A stretch of 64,000 nt of DNA from the human T2T-CHM13v2.0 reference genome, Homo sapiens (GCF_009914755.1 NC_060928.1); one strand, 5' to 3'. Counted from the stretch's first letter, positions 13,695 through 29,312 are shown. Numbers and translations are program-made. The notes: generated by a model not told the origin, from the letters alone.

Positions 13695-15262
13695 CAAATG
13701 AAGAAGAATAAAACTAGACCCCTATCTCTTGCCAAATACAAAATCAACTCAAAATGGATTAAAGACTTTAATTTAAGACCTCAAACTATGAAAATACTAA
13801 AAGAAAAAAAAAATAGGAAATGCTCCAAGACATTGAACTGGGCAAAGGTTTCCTGAGTAATACCCTACAAGAACAGGCAAGCAAAATAAAAATGGGCAAA
13901 TGGGATAACATTAAATTAAAAAGCTTCTGCACAGCAAAGGAAACAATCAACAAAGTTAAGAGACAACCCACAGAATGAGAGAAGATATTTGCAAACTCTC
14001 CATCTGACAAAGGATTTATAATCAGAGCATATAAGGACCTCAAACAACTCTATTGGAAAAAAAACTAACCATCTGATTAATAAACGAACAAAATATCAGA
14101 AAAGAGATTTCTCAATAGAAGATCTACAAATGACAAACAGGTATATTGGAAGGTACTCAATACTGCTGATCATCAGCGCAATGCAAATCAAAACTACAAT
14201 GATATAGCCTCATCCCAGTTAAAATGGCTTGTATCCAAAAGACAGGCAATAAGTAATGCTGGCCAGGGTGTGGAGAAAAGAAAACCCTCTTACACTGTAG
14301 GTGAGAATGTAAATTAGTACCACACTATGGAGAAGAGTTAGGAGGTTCCTCAGAAAACACAAAATAGAGCTACCATATGATCCAAGAAATCCCACTTTTA
14401 GGTATATACCCGCAAGAATGGAATTCAGTATACCAAAGAGATATCAGCACTTCCATGTTTATTGCAGCACTGTCCTCAGTAGCCAAGATTTAGATTTAAC
14501 CTGTGTTCATCAACAGAGCAATGGATAAAAAAAAATGTTGTACACATACACAGTGGAATATTATTCAGCCATAAAAATGTATAAGGTTCTGTCATTTGCA
14601 ACAGCATAGATGGAACTGTAAATCATTATGTTAAGTGAAATAAACGAAGCATAGAAAGACAAACTTTGCATGTTCTCACTTTTTTGTGGGAGCTAAATAT
14701 TAAAACGATTGAACTCACGGAGATAGAGAGTACAATGATGGTTACCAGAAGTGGGGAAGCCTAGTGCGAAGTTGTGAGAGAAGTGAAGACTTTTAATGAA
14801 TAAAAAAAAAATTACAAAGAATGAATAAGATCTAGTATTTGATAGCACAGCATGCTGACTATAGTCAACACTGATTCATTTATAAATTTAAAATCAATAA
14901 AAGGGTATAATTGGATTGTTTGTAATACCAAAGATAAATGCTTGAGCTGTTGTGATTATTATGCATTGCATGCCTGTATCAAAATATGTCATGTACCCAA
15001 TAAGCATATACACCTATTATTTACCACAAAAATTTAAAATAAAAAAAACACATATTCACAGAGACACACAAGGAAAGCTAAGCAATATGTAGCATAGCTA
15101 AGATAAGCTCACTCACCTTAGTAGGCCCAATTGCAGTTTTCAAACTTATGTTATTATCTGTGTGGGTTAAAGACAATATAAACATCATTCAAATTGTATA
15201 TTATTTGTTAATTCCATACTACCATAAAAAGAAAAAAAAATACCCCAATTTTAGTATTAAAG

Positions 15263-15808
15263 TGTATTAGTCAGGGTTCTCTAGAGGGACAAAACTAATA
15301 GGATATAAGTATATATGCAGGGGAGTTCATTAAAGAGAATTGACTCACAGGATCACAAGGTAAAGTCCTGTGGTAAGTAGACAGTCTGCAAGCTGAGGAG
15401 CAAGGAAGCCAGTAGTGGCTCAGTCTGAGTCCAAAACCTAAGAAGCAGTGAAGCCGACAGTGCAGCCTTCAGTCTGTGGCCAACGGCCTGAGAGCCCCTA
15501 GCAAACCACTGGTGTAAGTCCAAGAGTCCAAAAGCCAAAGAACTTGGAGTCTGATGTTCGAGGGCAGGAGAAAGATGAGGGCCAGAAGACTCAGTAAGTC
15601 TGCTCATTCCATCTTCTTCAGTCCACTATTTCTAACCATTCTGGCAGCTGACTGGATGGTGCCCACTCAGGTTAAGAGTGGGTCTGTCTCTGTCAGTCCA
15701 CTAACTCAAATGTTAATCTCCTCTAGCAACACCCTCACAGACACACCCAGAAACAATACTTTGCACCCTTCAATCCAGTCAAGTTGACACTTAATATTAA
15801 CAATCACA
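15263..15808 (-). mobile_element. MLT2 (ERVL) solo LTR
   Basis: tgtattagtcagggttctctagagggac...ccagtcaagttgacacttaatattaacaatcaca is the reverse complement of the MLT2 consensus. Confidence 0.88.
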
Positions 15809-17703
15809 TGTAATTAAGGCTTATATTTATTTATATTATAACCATTATTGAACATTAACAGATACATTATGACTTCTAAATTGACTATTTCAAAAATTCT
15901 GTAATCTGTATCAAATCAGAAAATATGAAAGTGAGGAGTATATTCAAGTTCAATTATAGGAAGACAGCCAAATCCCAAATTAATATGCTAAAACCCTCTG
16001 GATCTCTGATAAAACCAAGTCATACTTCACCATTTTTACCTTATTTGTTGATTAAAAATGTATTCAGTATACAGTGTATCTTATTTGAGGAGGCTTTTAA
16101 AATTTCCCAGATTAATTATTCTTTTAACACATTTGGATAGGAAGTATTTTAGGGTGGTAAATTTCTAACTTAAGGCTCTGAATTCAGAAAACATGCAACT
16201 GTTTTAGAATGACCCTATGTAATATAGAAAACGTCCAGATACTAATTTATATCTGTATCTGAAAGATACAAAAGATATATCTATAAAAGATAAATCTTTT
16301 ATAGCCATCAATTTATGATATTTTCAATGTGGTCTCTAATCCAAAGAAGAAAAATGTTTCTTGAAAGAATTTAAGGTACAATTCAAACAGGAAAAAAACA
16401 TGTCTGGTCTTTGTCTATAGACTTATTCTATCTCTTCTCATGGGTCCCTTAATTCTTCTTTGTAAGCACAACCCCAATTTATTTAAAACAAAATAAAAAG
16501 ACATCTACCTTCACATTCTTACAATTTTATTTTACCACCTGATAATTCATTTCAGTGATGAGAAAGAACATGTCCCTCAGCTGTGTAATTGCCTTTTTTT
16601 TGTCCCTAATCATGGAGGTTTCTGCACTGGACAAAGTACCAAGTGATAATTCAGCAGACAATCTGAAATCTTTCATGAGGACCCCAGCAGCTGTTAGATA
16701 GATCTGGGTAACTCTTTAAAGAGATCATGAGTCTCTTATACCTAGACATGCATTAGCCCATGTAGGGCAATGACACAGTACCTGGCCCTCAGGATCCCAT
16801 CCTCAGATAATATAGAAAACTTTTAAAAACAAACTTTGCATGGCATCATTCTGAGTTAGCTCTATTGTACGTCAATATAATCTTACTGGCCTCTTTAATA
16901 GCAGAACCAGAACTTCTTCCTCTATTCCTATGGCCACTAAGGGTAAATTCTTAGGGTAAAGTACAGAAGAGAAAAACAAATCTGGTTCAAAAATATTAGG
17001 AGATTTTAATGATTTGTATTTACTGGTATAAAATAGTTTATTTTGTATAAACTAGTAGCAAATTGATTCCTAGACAATGTTAATTCCAAGTAGGAAATTA
17101 TCATTAAAATTGTTTAACTTTAATTTTAACTATCAAAACATCTTCTTCAATGCCCTCCTCATCCTTTCTTCCTGTCACCATAACAACCAATATTCTATAA
17201 TAAGATATTAGCAGCCTTAAGGAAAAAAGATATAGAAAAGCCTTCATATGTGTGTACGGAATATCTCTTCCCTGTCCTTCTTGAGAGAAGACAAATGTAT
17301 AAAATGAAAATGCAAAAGTACTGAACAAAGACAATGAGAAATATATTGATAGTTAAGAAAGTTAAGCTTAAGGTTTGAGTGCTTTATATATTACTATATT
17401 TTGTCATATCCATTCTGCGTGGCATTTTATAATACAGCAAAATGAGGCACAGAAAAAAGAACTAAATAGGTCGGAAAATACAGGTAACGAATGACAAAGA
17501 GAGAATCAAGCATAGGCACTTTGACTCTAGGCAAGATGTTTTTAACCATTACGCCAACCTCTCTGCTAAGGCCCATTTATTCATTCAATATGTGCCACTT
17601 GCATTTATTCAGAAAACATGTATTAGGCAATGGAAATATGGCTGAGAATAAAAGGCATTTTGCAAACAAATTTAAAAAAACAAAACAAAACAAAACAAAA
17701 AAC

Positions 17704-18004
17704 GGCTGGGCGCTGTGGCTGACGCCTGTAATCCCAGCCCTTTGGGAGTCCGAGGCGGGCGGATCACAAGGTCAGGAGATCGAGATCATCCGGGCTAACA
17801 TGGCGAAATCCCGTCTCTACTAAAAATACAAACAGGTAGCCGGGCGTGGTGGCGGGCGCCCGTAGTCCCAGCTACTCCTGAGGCTGAGGCAGGAGAATGG
17901 CGTGAACCTGGGAGGCGGAGCTTGCAGTGAGAGGAGATGCGCCATTGCACTCCAGCCTGGGCGACTGACTGAGACTCCGTCTCAAAAAAAAAAAAAGAAA
18001 AAAA
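17704..18004 (+). mobile_element. AluY
   Basis: Full dimer with Y diagnostics (gtcaggagatcgaga, gagaatggcgtgaacc, gcggagcttgcagtg); CpG-rich; A tail. Confidence 0.93.
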
Positions 18005-18048
18005 CCCTGCCTTATGAATCTTAACTTCCATAGGGACATACCTCATTG

Positions 18049-19318
18049 TGTGTCCAGAATTGGTGGGTTCTTGGTCTCACTGACTTCAAGAATGAAGCCG
18101 CGGACCCTCGCCGTGAGTGTTACAGCTCTTAAGGTGGCGCGTCTGGAGTCTGTCCCTTCTGATGTTCAGATGTGTTCGGAGTTTCTTCCTTCTGGTGGGT
18201 TCGTGGTCTCGCTGGCTCAGGAGTGAAGCTGCAGACCTTCGCGGTGAGTGTTACAGCTCTTAAGGCCGCGCGTCTGGGGTTGTTCGTTCCTCCCGGTGGG
18301 CTCGTGGTCTCCCTGGGCTCAGGAGTGAAGCTGCAGATCTTCGCGGTGAGTGTTACAGCTCATAAAAGCAGCGTGGACCCAAAGAGTGAGCAGTAGCAAG
18401 ATTTATTGCAAAGAGCGAAAGAACAAAGCTTCCGCAGTGTGGAAGGGAACCCCAGCAGGTTGCCACTGCTGGCTGGGCAGCCTGCTTTTATTCTCTTATC
18501 TGGCCCCACCCACATCCTGCTGATTGGTAGAGCCAAGTGGTCTGTTTTGACAGGGCGCTGATTGGAGCGTTTACAATCCCTGAGCTAGACACAAAGGTTC
18601 TCCACGTCCCCATCAGATTAGTTAGATACAGAGTATGGACACAAAGGTTCTCCAAGGCCCCACCAGACTCAGGAGCCCAGCTGGCTTCACCCAGTGAATC
18701 CCACACCAGGGCTGCAGGTGGAGCTGCCTGCCAGTCCCAGTGCCGTGCGCCCGCACTCCTCAGCCCTTGGGTGGTCGATGGGACTGGGCGCCGTGGAGCA
18801 GGGGGCGGCGCTCATCGGGGAGGCTCGGGCTGCACAGGAACCCACGGAGTGGGTGGGAGACTCAGGCATAGCGGGCTGCAGGTCCCGAGCTCTGCCCCAC
18901 AGGAAGGCAGCTAAGGCTCAGTGAGAAATCGAGCGCAGCCCTTGGGGGCTGGCACTGCTGGGGGACCCAGTACACCCTCCGCAGCTGCTGGCCCGGGTGC
19001 TAAGTCCCTCATTGCCCGGGGCCAGCAGGGCTGGCCGACTGCTCCGAGTGCGGGGCCCGCCAAGCCCACGCCCAGCCGGAACTCCAGCTGGCCCGCAAGC
19101 GCTGCAAGCAGTCCCGGTTCCCGCTCGCGCCTCTCCCTCCACACCTCCCTGCAAGCTGAGGGAGTGGGCTCCAGCCTTGGCCAGCCCAGAAAGGGTCTCC
19201 CACAGTGCAGTGGTGGGCTGAAGGGCTCCTCAAGTGCCGCCAAAGTGGGAGCCCAGGCAGAGGAGGTGCAGAGAGCAAGCGAGGGCTCTGAGGACTGCCA
19301 GCACGCTGTCACCTCTCA
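18049..19318 (-). mobile_element. LTR12 (LTR12C-like, ERV9) solo LTR
   Basis: Reverse complement starts tgagaggtgacagcgtgctggcagtcc and ends ...ccaattctggacaca; three gtgagtgttacagctc U5 repeats; perfect 4-bp TSD attg at 18045-18048 and 19319-19322. Confidence 0.96.
18486..18565 (-). promoter_or_regulatory. LTR12 core promoter: two CCAAT (NF-Y) boxes, a GATA site and an AATAAAA TATA-like box
   Basis: attgg at 18523-18527 and 18561-18565; cttatc near 18495; ttttatt at 18486-18492; the layout matches known LTR12 promoters; activity is not shown by sequence. Confidence 0.65.
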
Positions 19319-19322
19319 ATTG

Positions 19323-20800
19323 CATTTTATGGATGAGTAGCATTCCATAGGGCGTATATATGTATACACATACATATGTGTATATACACATAGACACACA
19401 CACACACAACATTTCTTTATCCAGTCTTCTATTGATTAACATTTAGTTTGATTTCATATCTTTGCTATTATGAATAGTGCTGTGATAAACATATGAGTGC
19501 AGATATTATTTGATATGATTTATTTTTCTTAGGGTAGAAATTCAGTAGTAAGATTACTGGATCAAATTGCAGTTCAATTTTTAGTTCTTTGAGAAATCTC
19601 TATACTGTTTTACATAGAGGTTGCATTAATTTACATTTCCACTAATATTGTATAAGCATTCCCTTTTATTTGCATCCTTGGCGACATCTGTTATTTTTTG
19701 CCTCTTTACTAATAGCCACTCTGACTGGCGTAAGATGATATCTCATTGTAGTTTTAATTTGTATTTCTCTGATGTGCATGTTTTCATATGTTTTTTGGCA
19801 ATTTTTATATCTTCTTTTGAAAAAAGTCTGTTCATATATTTTGCCTACTTTTTAATGAGGTTATTTGTTTTTTGTTGTTGTCAATATGTTTGAGTGTCCT
19901 GTAAAAATCTGAATATTCGTCGTTTGTCAGATGCATAGTTTGAAAATATTTTCTCACATTCTGCAGCTTGTCTGTTTACTCTATTGGTTATCTCTTTTAC
20001 TAGCAGAAGGTTTTCTAGTTAAATTAAGTCTCATTTGTCTATTTCTGTTGCATTTGCTTCTGGGGTCTTAGTCATGAATTATTTGCCAAAGCCAATGTCC
20101 AGAAGTTTTCCCTAGGTTTTCTTCTAATATTTTATAGTTGCAGGCCTTACATTAAACTCTTTAATCCATCTTGAATTGATTTTTGTATATAGTGAGAGTC
20201 CAGTTTCATTCTTCTGCATATGGCAATTCAATTTTTTCTGCACCATTTGTTGGATAGTGTTTCTTTCCCTAGTGTATGTTTTCATCAATTTTGTTGAAGA
20301 TCAGTTTGCCGTAAGTTTACAGCTTTATTTCTGGGTTTTCTTTTCCATTCAATTTACCTATGTACTATTTTTATACCCTTACCATATTGTTTTGGGTACT
20401 ATAGCCTTGTATTATAATTTGAAGACAGGTAATATGATGCTTCCAGGTTTCTTCTTTTTGCTTAGGATTGCTTTGGATATTTGGGCTCTTTTTTGGTTCC
20501 ATATGAATTTTAGAATATTTTAGTAATTTTATAAAATATGGCATTGGTATTTTGGTAGAAATTGCACTGAATCTGTAGATTTCTTTGAGCAGTATAGTCA
20601 TTTTCATAACATTGATTCAATCCATGAATATGGGGTGTTTTTCCAATTGTTTTTATCATCTGAAATTTCTTTCATCAGTGTTTGGTAGTTTTCTTGTGGA
20701 GGTCTTTCACCTCCTGAGTCAAAGTATTTCCAGGTTTTTTTTTTTTTGTAGCTATTATAAATAGAATTGACTTTTTGATTTGATTTTCAGCTTGATTATT
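19323..20800 (-). mobile_element. L1 (L1PB/L1MA-age) ORF2 3' fragment, lacking its 3'UTR
   Basis: Minus ORF 20371-20607 MTILLKEIYRFSAISTKIP...[14 protein letters not shown] resembles the ORF2 C-terminal region; about 15 further L1-like bases lie left of LTR12. Confidence 0.88.
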
Positions 20801-20804
20801 AGCT

Positions 20805-22883
<2,079 letters not shown>

Positions 22884-23436
22884 TATATTTCACTTTAGAT
22901 CAAGATAAGTATGTGGAGAAGAAAAAACCACTAAAAGGGAATATGAAGTGCCTAGGCTCTGTGTATTGGAGATTCAAACAAGTAGTCAGTAAAAAAGTCA
23001 CATTGTTCATATTTGGGTTTTAGGAGAACTACTCTACCAGCAATTTAGAAAATGATTCAGAGGAAAGAGATTGAAGGAGATTCAGAGGATACAGTTTGCT
23101 TACAGAAATATGTTTTAAAATATAAACTAAAATTTGTGGAGAAGTTCTCAATTAAAAAGATCCAGTGAGCTAGGAATTCTGCAGAAAACATCATAGATTG
23201 GCCTGAGGATATAATGCTTGGCTATTGTTTCAACAAAAACCTTAGGATCTGAAAAGTTTATTACAAAATATTATGCTGGTTTTACTACTTTAATTTTTGA
23301 AACTAAAGTTAGGCTTATATACTTATACACAATCTTTCAGAAATATTAAGAGCGTCAAATGTCCACAATTTGAATACCATGGTTATAAGTTATAATAATG
23401 TAACTGCAAGAAAAGTGGTGAGACTGGTTGACTCTT

Positions 23437-23735
23437 TTTTTTTTTTTTTTTTTGAGACCAAGTCCCACTCTGTTGCCCAGGCTGGACTGCAGTGATGCTA
23501 TCTTGGCTCACTGCAAGCTCTTCCTCCTAGTTTCAATCAATTCTCCCACCTCAGCATCCCAAGTAGCTAGGATTACAGGTGCTTGCCACCACACCTGGCT
23601 AATTTTTGTATTTTTAGTAGAGATGGGATTTCACCATGTTGGCCAGGCTGGTCCCAAACTCCTGACCTCAGGTGATCTGCCCGCCTTGGCCTCCCAAAGT
23701 GCTGGGATTACAGGCATGAGCCACTGCACCTGGCC
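23437..23735 (-). mobile_element. AluSx-like
   Basis: Full reverse dimer; TSD tggttgactctt (23425-23436) / tgattaactctt (23736-23747). Confidence 0.93.
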
Positions 23736-24469
23736 TGATTAACTCTTAAGTAGTATCATAGGAGAGCTCAAATAATTATTCATCACCTTTATACAGTTTG
23801 TTTCATGAATTATGAAATTATATGAACTATATGAAAGTTCACCTCTGAATTCAGGAATCGATCACAATGCTGGTAGATGGTTAAGAGCCCTTTAGTTTTA
23901 GTGTTTTTAATTATTTGTGTTTGCTTTTTGTTACATTGTGAACTGCATTTTTTAAATCAATGAATTGTTGGTAACCTACTGAACTATTAAGATTCAAGAT
24001 ATTTTTTAGTTTTCTAGGTAGTATGCCAAAACAATTGAATAAGTGGTTCATTATTTGTAATATTTGATCTCTGATACAGTTATTTCTGACATTAAGATCA
24101 TATGGCCTTTGCCCATATGTTCAGAATGTGCCTTTATCTTTTCACTTATGTTTAAAGAGCTTGCAATACTAAAATTCACTCTATAACCATAAACCAGAAT
24201 CACTGAATATCTTCAATTCTTTTATTACAAATTTTCATATCATCTCCATTTATAAATCACATATCATTTAAAGCAATTTGTGAAAGTTGTTTTCACGAAA
24301 TACTTTTGATCAATTATGTTTCTGCTTTTGAAATGAAGGGAGAAAGATCTGCAAAGGTGATTGGTTTTATGATACAACCAAATAAGACATGTTCCTTTAC
24401 TCAGAAAATCTTTCAATATTATTATATGTTTTTTAACAAAATTAATATTTTTGGCTACATATTAAAGTT

Positions 24470-24713
24470 AACAGTAATGTAGTACTTACTACATGATGAG
24501 AACTATTCCAAAAAATTAACAAAGGTTAACCTATTTAAGGTTAACAACAAACTATGAAAGTAAGCACTATTATGTCCCTATTCTTCATTTTAGGAGAAGG
24601 AGTACAGAGAAAATACATATATTATCAGAGGTCTCCCATTTAGAAGGTAGTAAAACTAGAATTCAAACCCAAGTACTGTGACTCCAGAATGTGTGTTCTT
24701 CCTAACCATGCAC
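24470..24713 (-). mobile_element. MIR SINE
   Basis: aactatgaaagtaagcactattatgtcccta...actagaattcaaacccaagtactgtgactccagaa is typical reverse-strand MIR. Confidence 0.7.
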
Positions 24714-24815
24714 CTTCATGGCATTTTATGCCTGTATTACCATTCATTTAGCCAATCAACTATTTGCATTTATCTTGCTTGTTCCAAAAAACTTAAAGTA
24801 ATAAAATAACACCAT

Positions 24816-25171
24816 TGTATTACTCTGTTCTCACACTGATAATAAAGACATACCTAAGACTAGGTAATTTATAAAGGAAAGAGATTTAATTGACTCATGG
24901 TTCCACACAGCTGGGGAGGCCACACAATCATGGTGGAAGGCAAATGAGGAGCAAAGTCACATCTTACCTGGTGGCAGGCAAGAAAGTTTGTGGAGAGGAC
25001 TCCCATTTATAAAACAATCAGCTCTCATGAGACTTATTTACTACCTTGAGAGCAGTATGGGGAAAACTGCCCCCCATGACTTAATTATCCCCACTTGCCC
25101 CTGCCCTTGAGACTTGGGGATTATTACAATTCAAGTTGAGATTTGTTTGGGGACACAGTCAAACCATATCA
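24816..25171 (-). mobile_element. THE1 (THE1C-like) solo LTR
   Basis: tgtattactctgttctcacactg...ggggacacagtcaaaccatatca; perfect 5-bp TSD accat. Confidence 0.94.
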
Positions 25172-25725
25172 ACCATGTTAAGTATTTTAACAAGAAAATA
25201 TTCTTACACACCTTTATTATAGCCTGAGAAAATAATAGTATAGCATAAATTTCCACTTTCGAGATTATGTAAAAAACATTTCTTTATTTAAATTGCTTTC
25301 CATAAAAATTGTATAAATGTATTCTCCCCTTAATTGCATCTGAGAGTTCTGATTCTCTTTCCTCTATGATAATGTTGTGTCTTTTCTTCTTTAACAATTT
25401 TTAAGGTTAAACTTTGTTTCAAGTGTGTGGGGATTCCTGTCTCAGTAGAATCCACAAAACATGAAAACAACCTTGGCTCCAGTTTTTTGCCATATGGAGG
25501 GGGCGAAGTTATGAACGCAAACAGCATTTTCTAAAATGCTGAGTTACTTGCAGCATAGTAGGCAACTAACAAAAGAACAGATGCTTTAAGAGTAGACGAA
25601 GATTGTTATATTTTCTATTCATGGCATAGTTAAGCGTAGGACACAGGAAGGGCAAGTGAGTTCCATTGTGTGAATGTGTAGGAGGACGTGGCAAGATAGC
25701 AATTTAAAACTTTTCACCTGCTTTA

Positions 25726-26115
<390 letters not shown>

Positions 26116-28035
26116 TCACATTCTTATTGCTACTATTGTTTAACATTTAAAAAGTCTTCCAAGAGGGTTAGATATAATTGTGGATATGCAAAGAGCGCAC
26201 CATCTGCTCTGACACTTAATAACTATAAGGGTGTCCATGGAAGTGCCAGTTAGCTTCAAATGCAAGTTAGAGGTTCAGGCAAGTAATCTTCTAGGCTGGA
26301 AGCATATGCCTCTCTTTCAGTGTTTCACCATGACTGTTTATTTGTCTACCTATTTTTGAAGTTGTGGATTATTTCTTTCTCTTAAAAGTTAGCCCATTCT
26401 CAGGACCAGACCCTTTTCCCAAACACATGAGGTGATGAGCTTTTTAAACTCTGTTATAGAGGCAGGCAGGAATAGATATCAATATAATGGCCCTGGAAAT
26501 TTCAGGTAACCAGGCATTTTGAGAAATCTTCAAAACAACTTCATGGTAGAAATATATCCTTATGCTTTATTCTTTTACAATATTTATTGGCTTTATATAA
26601 GGTTCAAATCTTTATGTTCAGCTTGGGATGAACAGAACAAAGCTCTCAAGGATCTTGTATATGTTTAAGGAAGTAACCCTGTATATGTGTATATGACACA
26701 GTGTCATGGAGAAGCAATCATCAAGTCTATTGGGTCAATAGTAGAGAAATTTTACACCACAGGGTATATTTAAATTGGCTAGAGCAGGTAGAATGGAACA
26801 TTCAGGCAGAGGTAAAAAAATGAGGAAGAATAAAAAGATATGCTCTACTGAAGACATCTCAGTGATTCTAATAACATTAGGTGGAAGAAAGGGGGATAAT
26901 TAGGTTAGATAGAAGACCATAAATGCCAGGATTAAAAAACTGGATAAAAGACAACAAGAAAAATTACAAATGTACTCTGTGCAAAGAGCAAAACATGAAG
27001 TTATATGTGTTATGATTCAAACTTTTATATACATTGATGAGTAGTAAAGAACATGCACACTTACATCTAAAATAGGTGAATTTTAAATCAATAAAATATG
27101 TCAGAGAGATATTACATAATTGGCAATTTCTGATGACCTGGTTTTGTATTGAACAGATAAATTGCTTTCCTCACATTTTATAAAATTTGTGTTTAACAAG
27201 AAGATAATGCATACCCTCAGATTCACATATTTTATATTTCCAAAATAATGCAGAAAATATTGCTAGAAACATTATATGGATATAAAATTTACCCTAAAGA
27301 TAATAAACTCATAAATACATACTAAACAGTAGAGCACAAGGCAATGAATTTTCATTTGTGTCACATAGAATCTTATTCTAACGTTCTCTATGTCTGAAAA
27401 GGACAATTGTGTAACAGATAACGTCTCTGTGAACCTAGATAAAATAGCGTATTTTAATCCCAATATGTACATGTCTAGAATTATATAATGCATACATTAT
27501 TTGACACCAGATTTTAAATGGATCACAATTAATTTTTTCTTTATCTTCATGTTCTTTATGAGAAGTAAACAGACATTGCTTTAATTATGGCATAAAATAT
27601 GTTCCCTGTTTAATTTCAAAGACAATTTCTGTGTCATACATTTATTGTGGGAAGAATGCAGGAAGTTAATCTACTAAGGGTTCTCTCTCATTAGTTTCAG
27701 ATAAATCAGTGCCCAACTTAAACACTGAGGTAGTGAATATTTTTCCCTAAAATATTCTTTCTTAATGTTGGCCTAAATTCTACTATATTTGTATTCATGG
27801 CTGGTAGTTTGAGATTGTTGCTGCCTTCAGTTTGATGATAGAATTTTCCCACATATGTATGTTTCTTGGGGGAATTTTATTTTGTCATTTACTTTCTACC
27901 TATTATATACTTTTCTTACATATTTTTTCTCTCTTTTACTAAATCTTCTTCCACTTTTATAGAAGTGTTTATGTGTAAACAAAAATACTATCTTATATGA
28001 ATCTAGTAAAGCACAGAAAGCCCAATCTATGGAAT

Positions 28036-28128
28036 ATATGTGTTGGTGTGTGTGTGTGTGTGTGTATACACAATCTATGGAATATGTGTACATATATATG
28101 TGTGTGTATGTTATATATATATATATGT
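28036..28128. repeat. (TG)n/(TA)n compound microsatellite
   Basis: tgtgtgtg and tatatata runs; caatctatggaatat occurs twice. Confidence 0.85.
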
Positions 28129-28383
28129 AAGTAAATTCAAATATTGAATATGTGTTGGTATTTGTTTCATTTCTATATGGAAATTCAAATATTGAATTTG
28201 AACTCAATAATTATATTTACTCTAATATTTTTTCTGGTTTACCCTCTTCTGTTGAGAACTGCTCACCATTTTCATTTGGAAATAACACAAATACACACAT
28301 TCAATATTTAAATTTATTTTGGTAAACTTTAAGAAAAAATTGATGTAAATACTCACAACATACCATAACTTTTTCTTATTTAT

Positions 28384-28737
28384 TGATATGGTTTGGCTCT
28401 GTGTTCCCACCCAAATCTCACCTTGAATTTTAATAATTTCCATGTGTCAAGGTCAGTACCAAGTGGAGGTAATTGAATCATGGGGGAGATTTCCCCAATG
28501 ATGTTCTCATGATAGTGAGTGGGTTCTTGTGAGATCTGATGGCTTTATAAGGGATTTCTTCCTTCACTGTGCACTCACTCTGTCCTGCTGCCCTGAGAAA
28601 ACGCACTTCCACCATGATTGTAAGTTTTCTGAGGCCTCCCTAGCCATGTGGAACTGTGAGCCAATTAAACCTTTTTTCTTTATAAATTACCCGATTTCAG
28701 ATATTTCTTCATAGTAGCATGAGAATAAACTAGTACA
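28384..28737 (+). mobile_element. THE1 solo LTR
   Basis: tgatatggtttggctctgtgttcccacccaaatctcacc...aaactagtaca; TSD tttat/tttac. Confidence 0.93.
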
Positions 28738-29312
28738 TTTACTCTAATATTTTTCCTGGTTTACCCTCTTCTGTTGAGAATTACTCATAGGTACTTTCTA
28801 TTCAGATAACCTCTGTTTCTGCTTAAGACCATAAGAATAAACATTATTGTAATTTTATTTTCCCCATTTTTATTCATCTTCTTTTGTTGTCTGTTTTTTT
28901 TTTTACTCTTTGGACTCTGACAAAAATGTTCTCTTTGTGTAGGAAAAAGAAGAATTTAAGTGATTTTTTAAATTCTTCTTTTGCCAAACAAAGATAGTTT
29001 TCTCACTGAAGATAAAATATGTAATCATTTCTTTAATTGACATTTTTCTCTATTTATTCTTCATTCAAAAACTATTTGGATGTTCTAACTCCACAGTGGG
29101 TATTATGGTAAGCTATTGTACAATTTGCTAAAATACACCATATCAACCCTCACTCAACTTCAGGAATAGCCATAGGTTTTCTGCTGTCTCATCAGTATCA
29201 CCTGACTAAATGTACATGCTTCAGTGTACTTAGTGAAACTGCCATCACTATTCGCCACTGTTGTGCATCCTGATGCTTTGAATAAAATGTACAATGACTG
29301 CATATTTCTAAA

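Larger units (their letters stand above)
8689..14600 (+). pseudogene. L1 ORF2p (endonuclease/reverse transcriptase) remnant, disrupted
   Basis: EN start MAVVNSYLSIITLNGNGVNSPIER at 8689; RT segment [11 protein letters not shown]...[17 protein letters not shown] (ORF 12060-12389); FADD motif tttgcagatgat at 12552-12563; many stops. Confidence 0.88.
5329..15044 (+). mobile_element. Near full-length, inactive L1 LINE (L1MA1-3-like), interrupted by two younger insertions
   Basis: 5' end gagcaagatggctgaatagaag; about 1.9 kb 5'UTR; ORF1 and ORF2 remnants; L1MA-type 3'UTR (agatctagtatttgatagcac...) ending in an A-rich tail; 10-bp direct repeat aaaacacata at 5319-5328 and 15045-15054 fits a TSD. Confidence 0.9.

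Noticed and set aside
18014-19442. Cluster of overlapping 60-139 aa GC-rich ORFs
   Set aside because: All lie within LTR12; high GC content depletes stop codons in every frame
25330-25527. 65-aa minus-strand ORF in unique sequence with a nearby palindrome cagcattttctaaaatgctg
   Set aside because: No recognisable domain or splice context; an 8-bp-arm palindrome is expected by chance in AT-rich DNA
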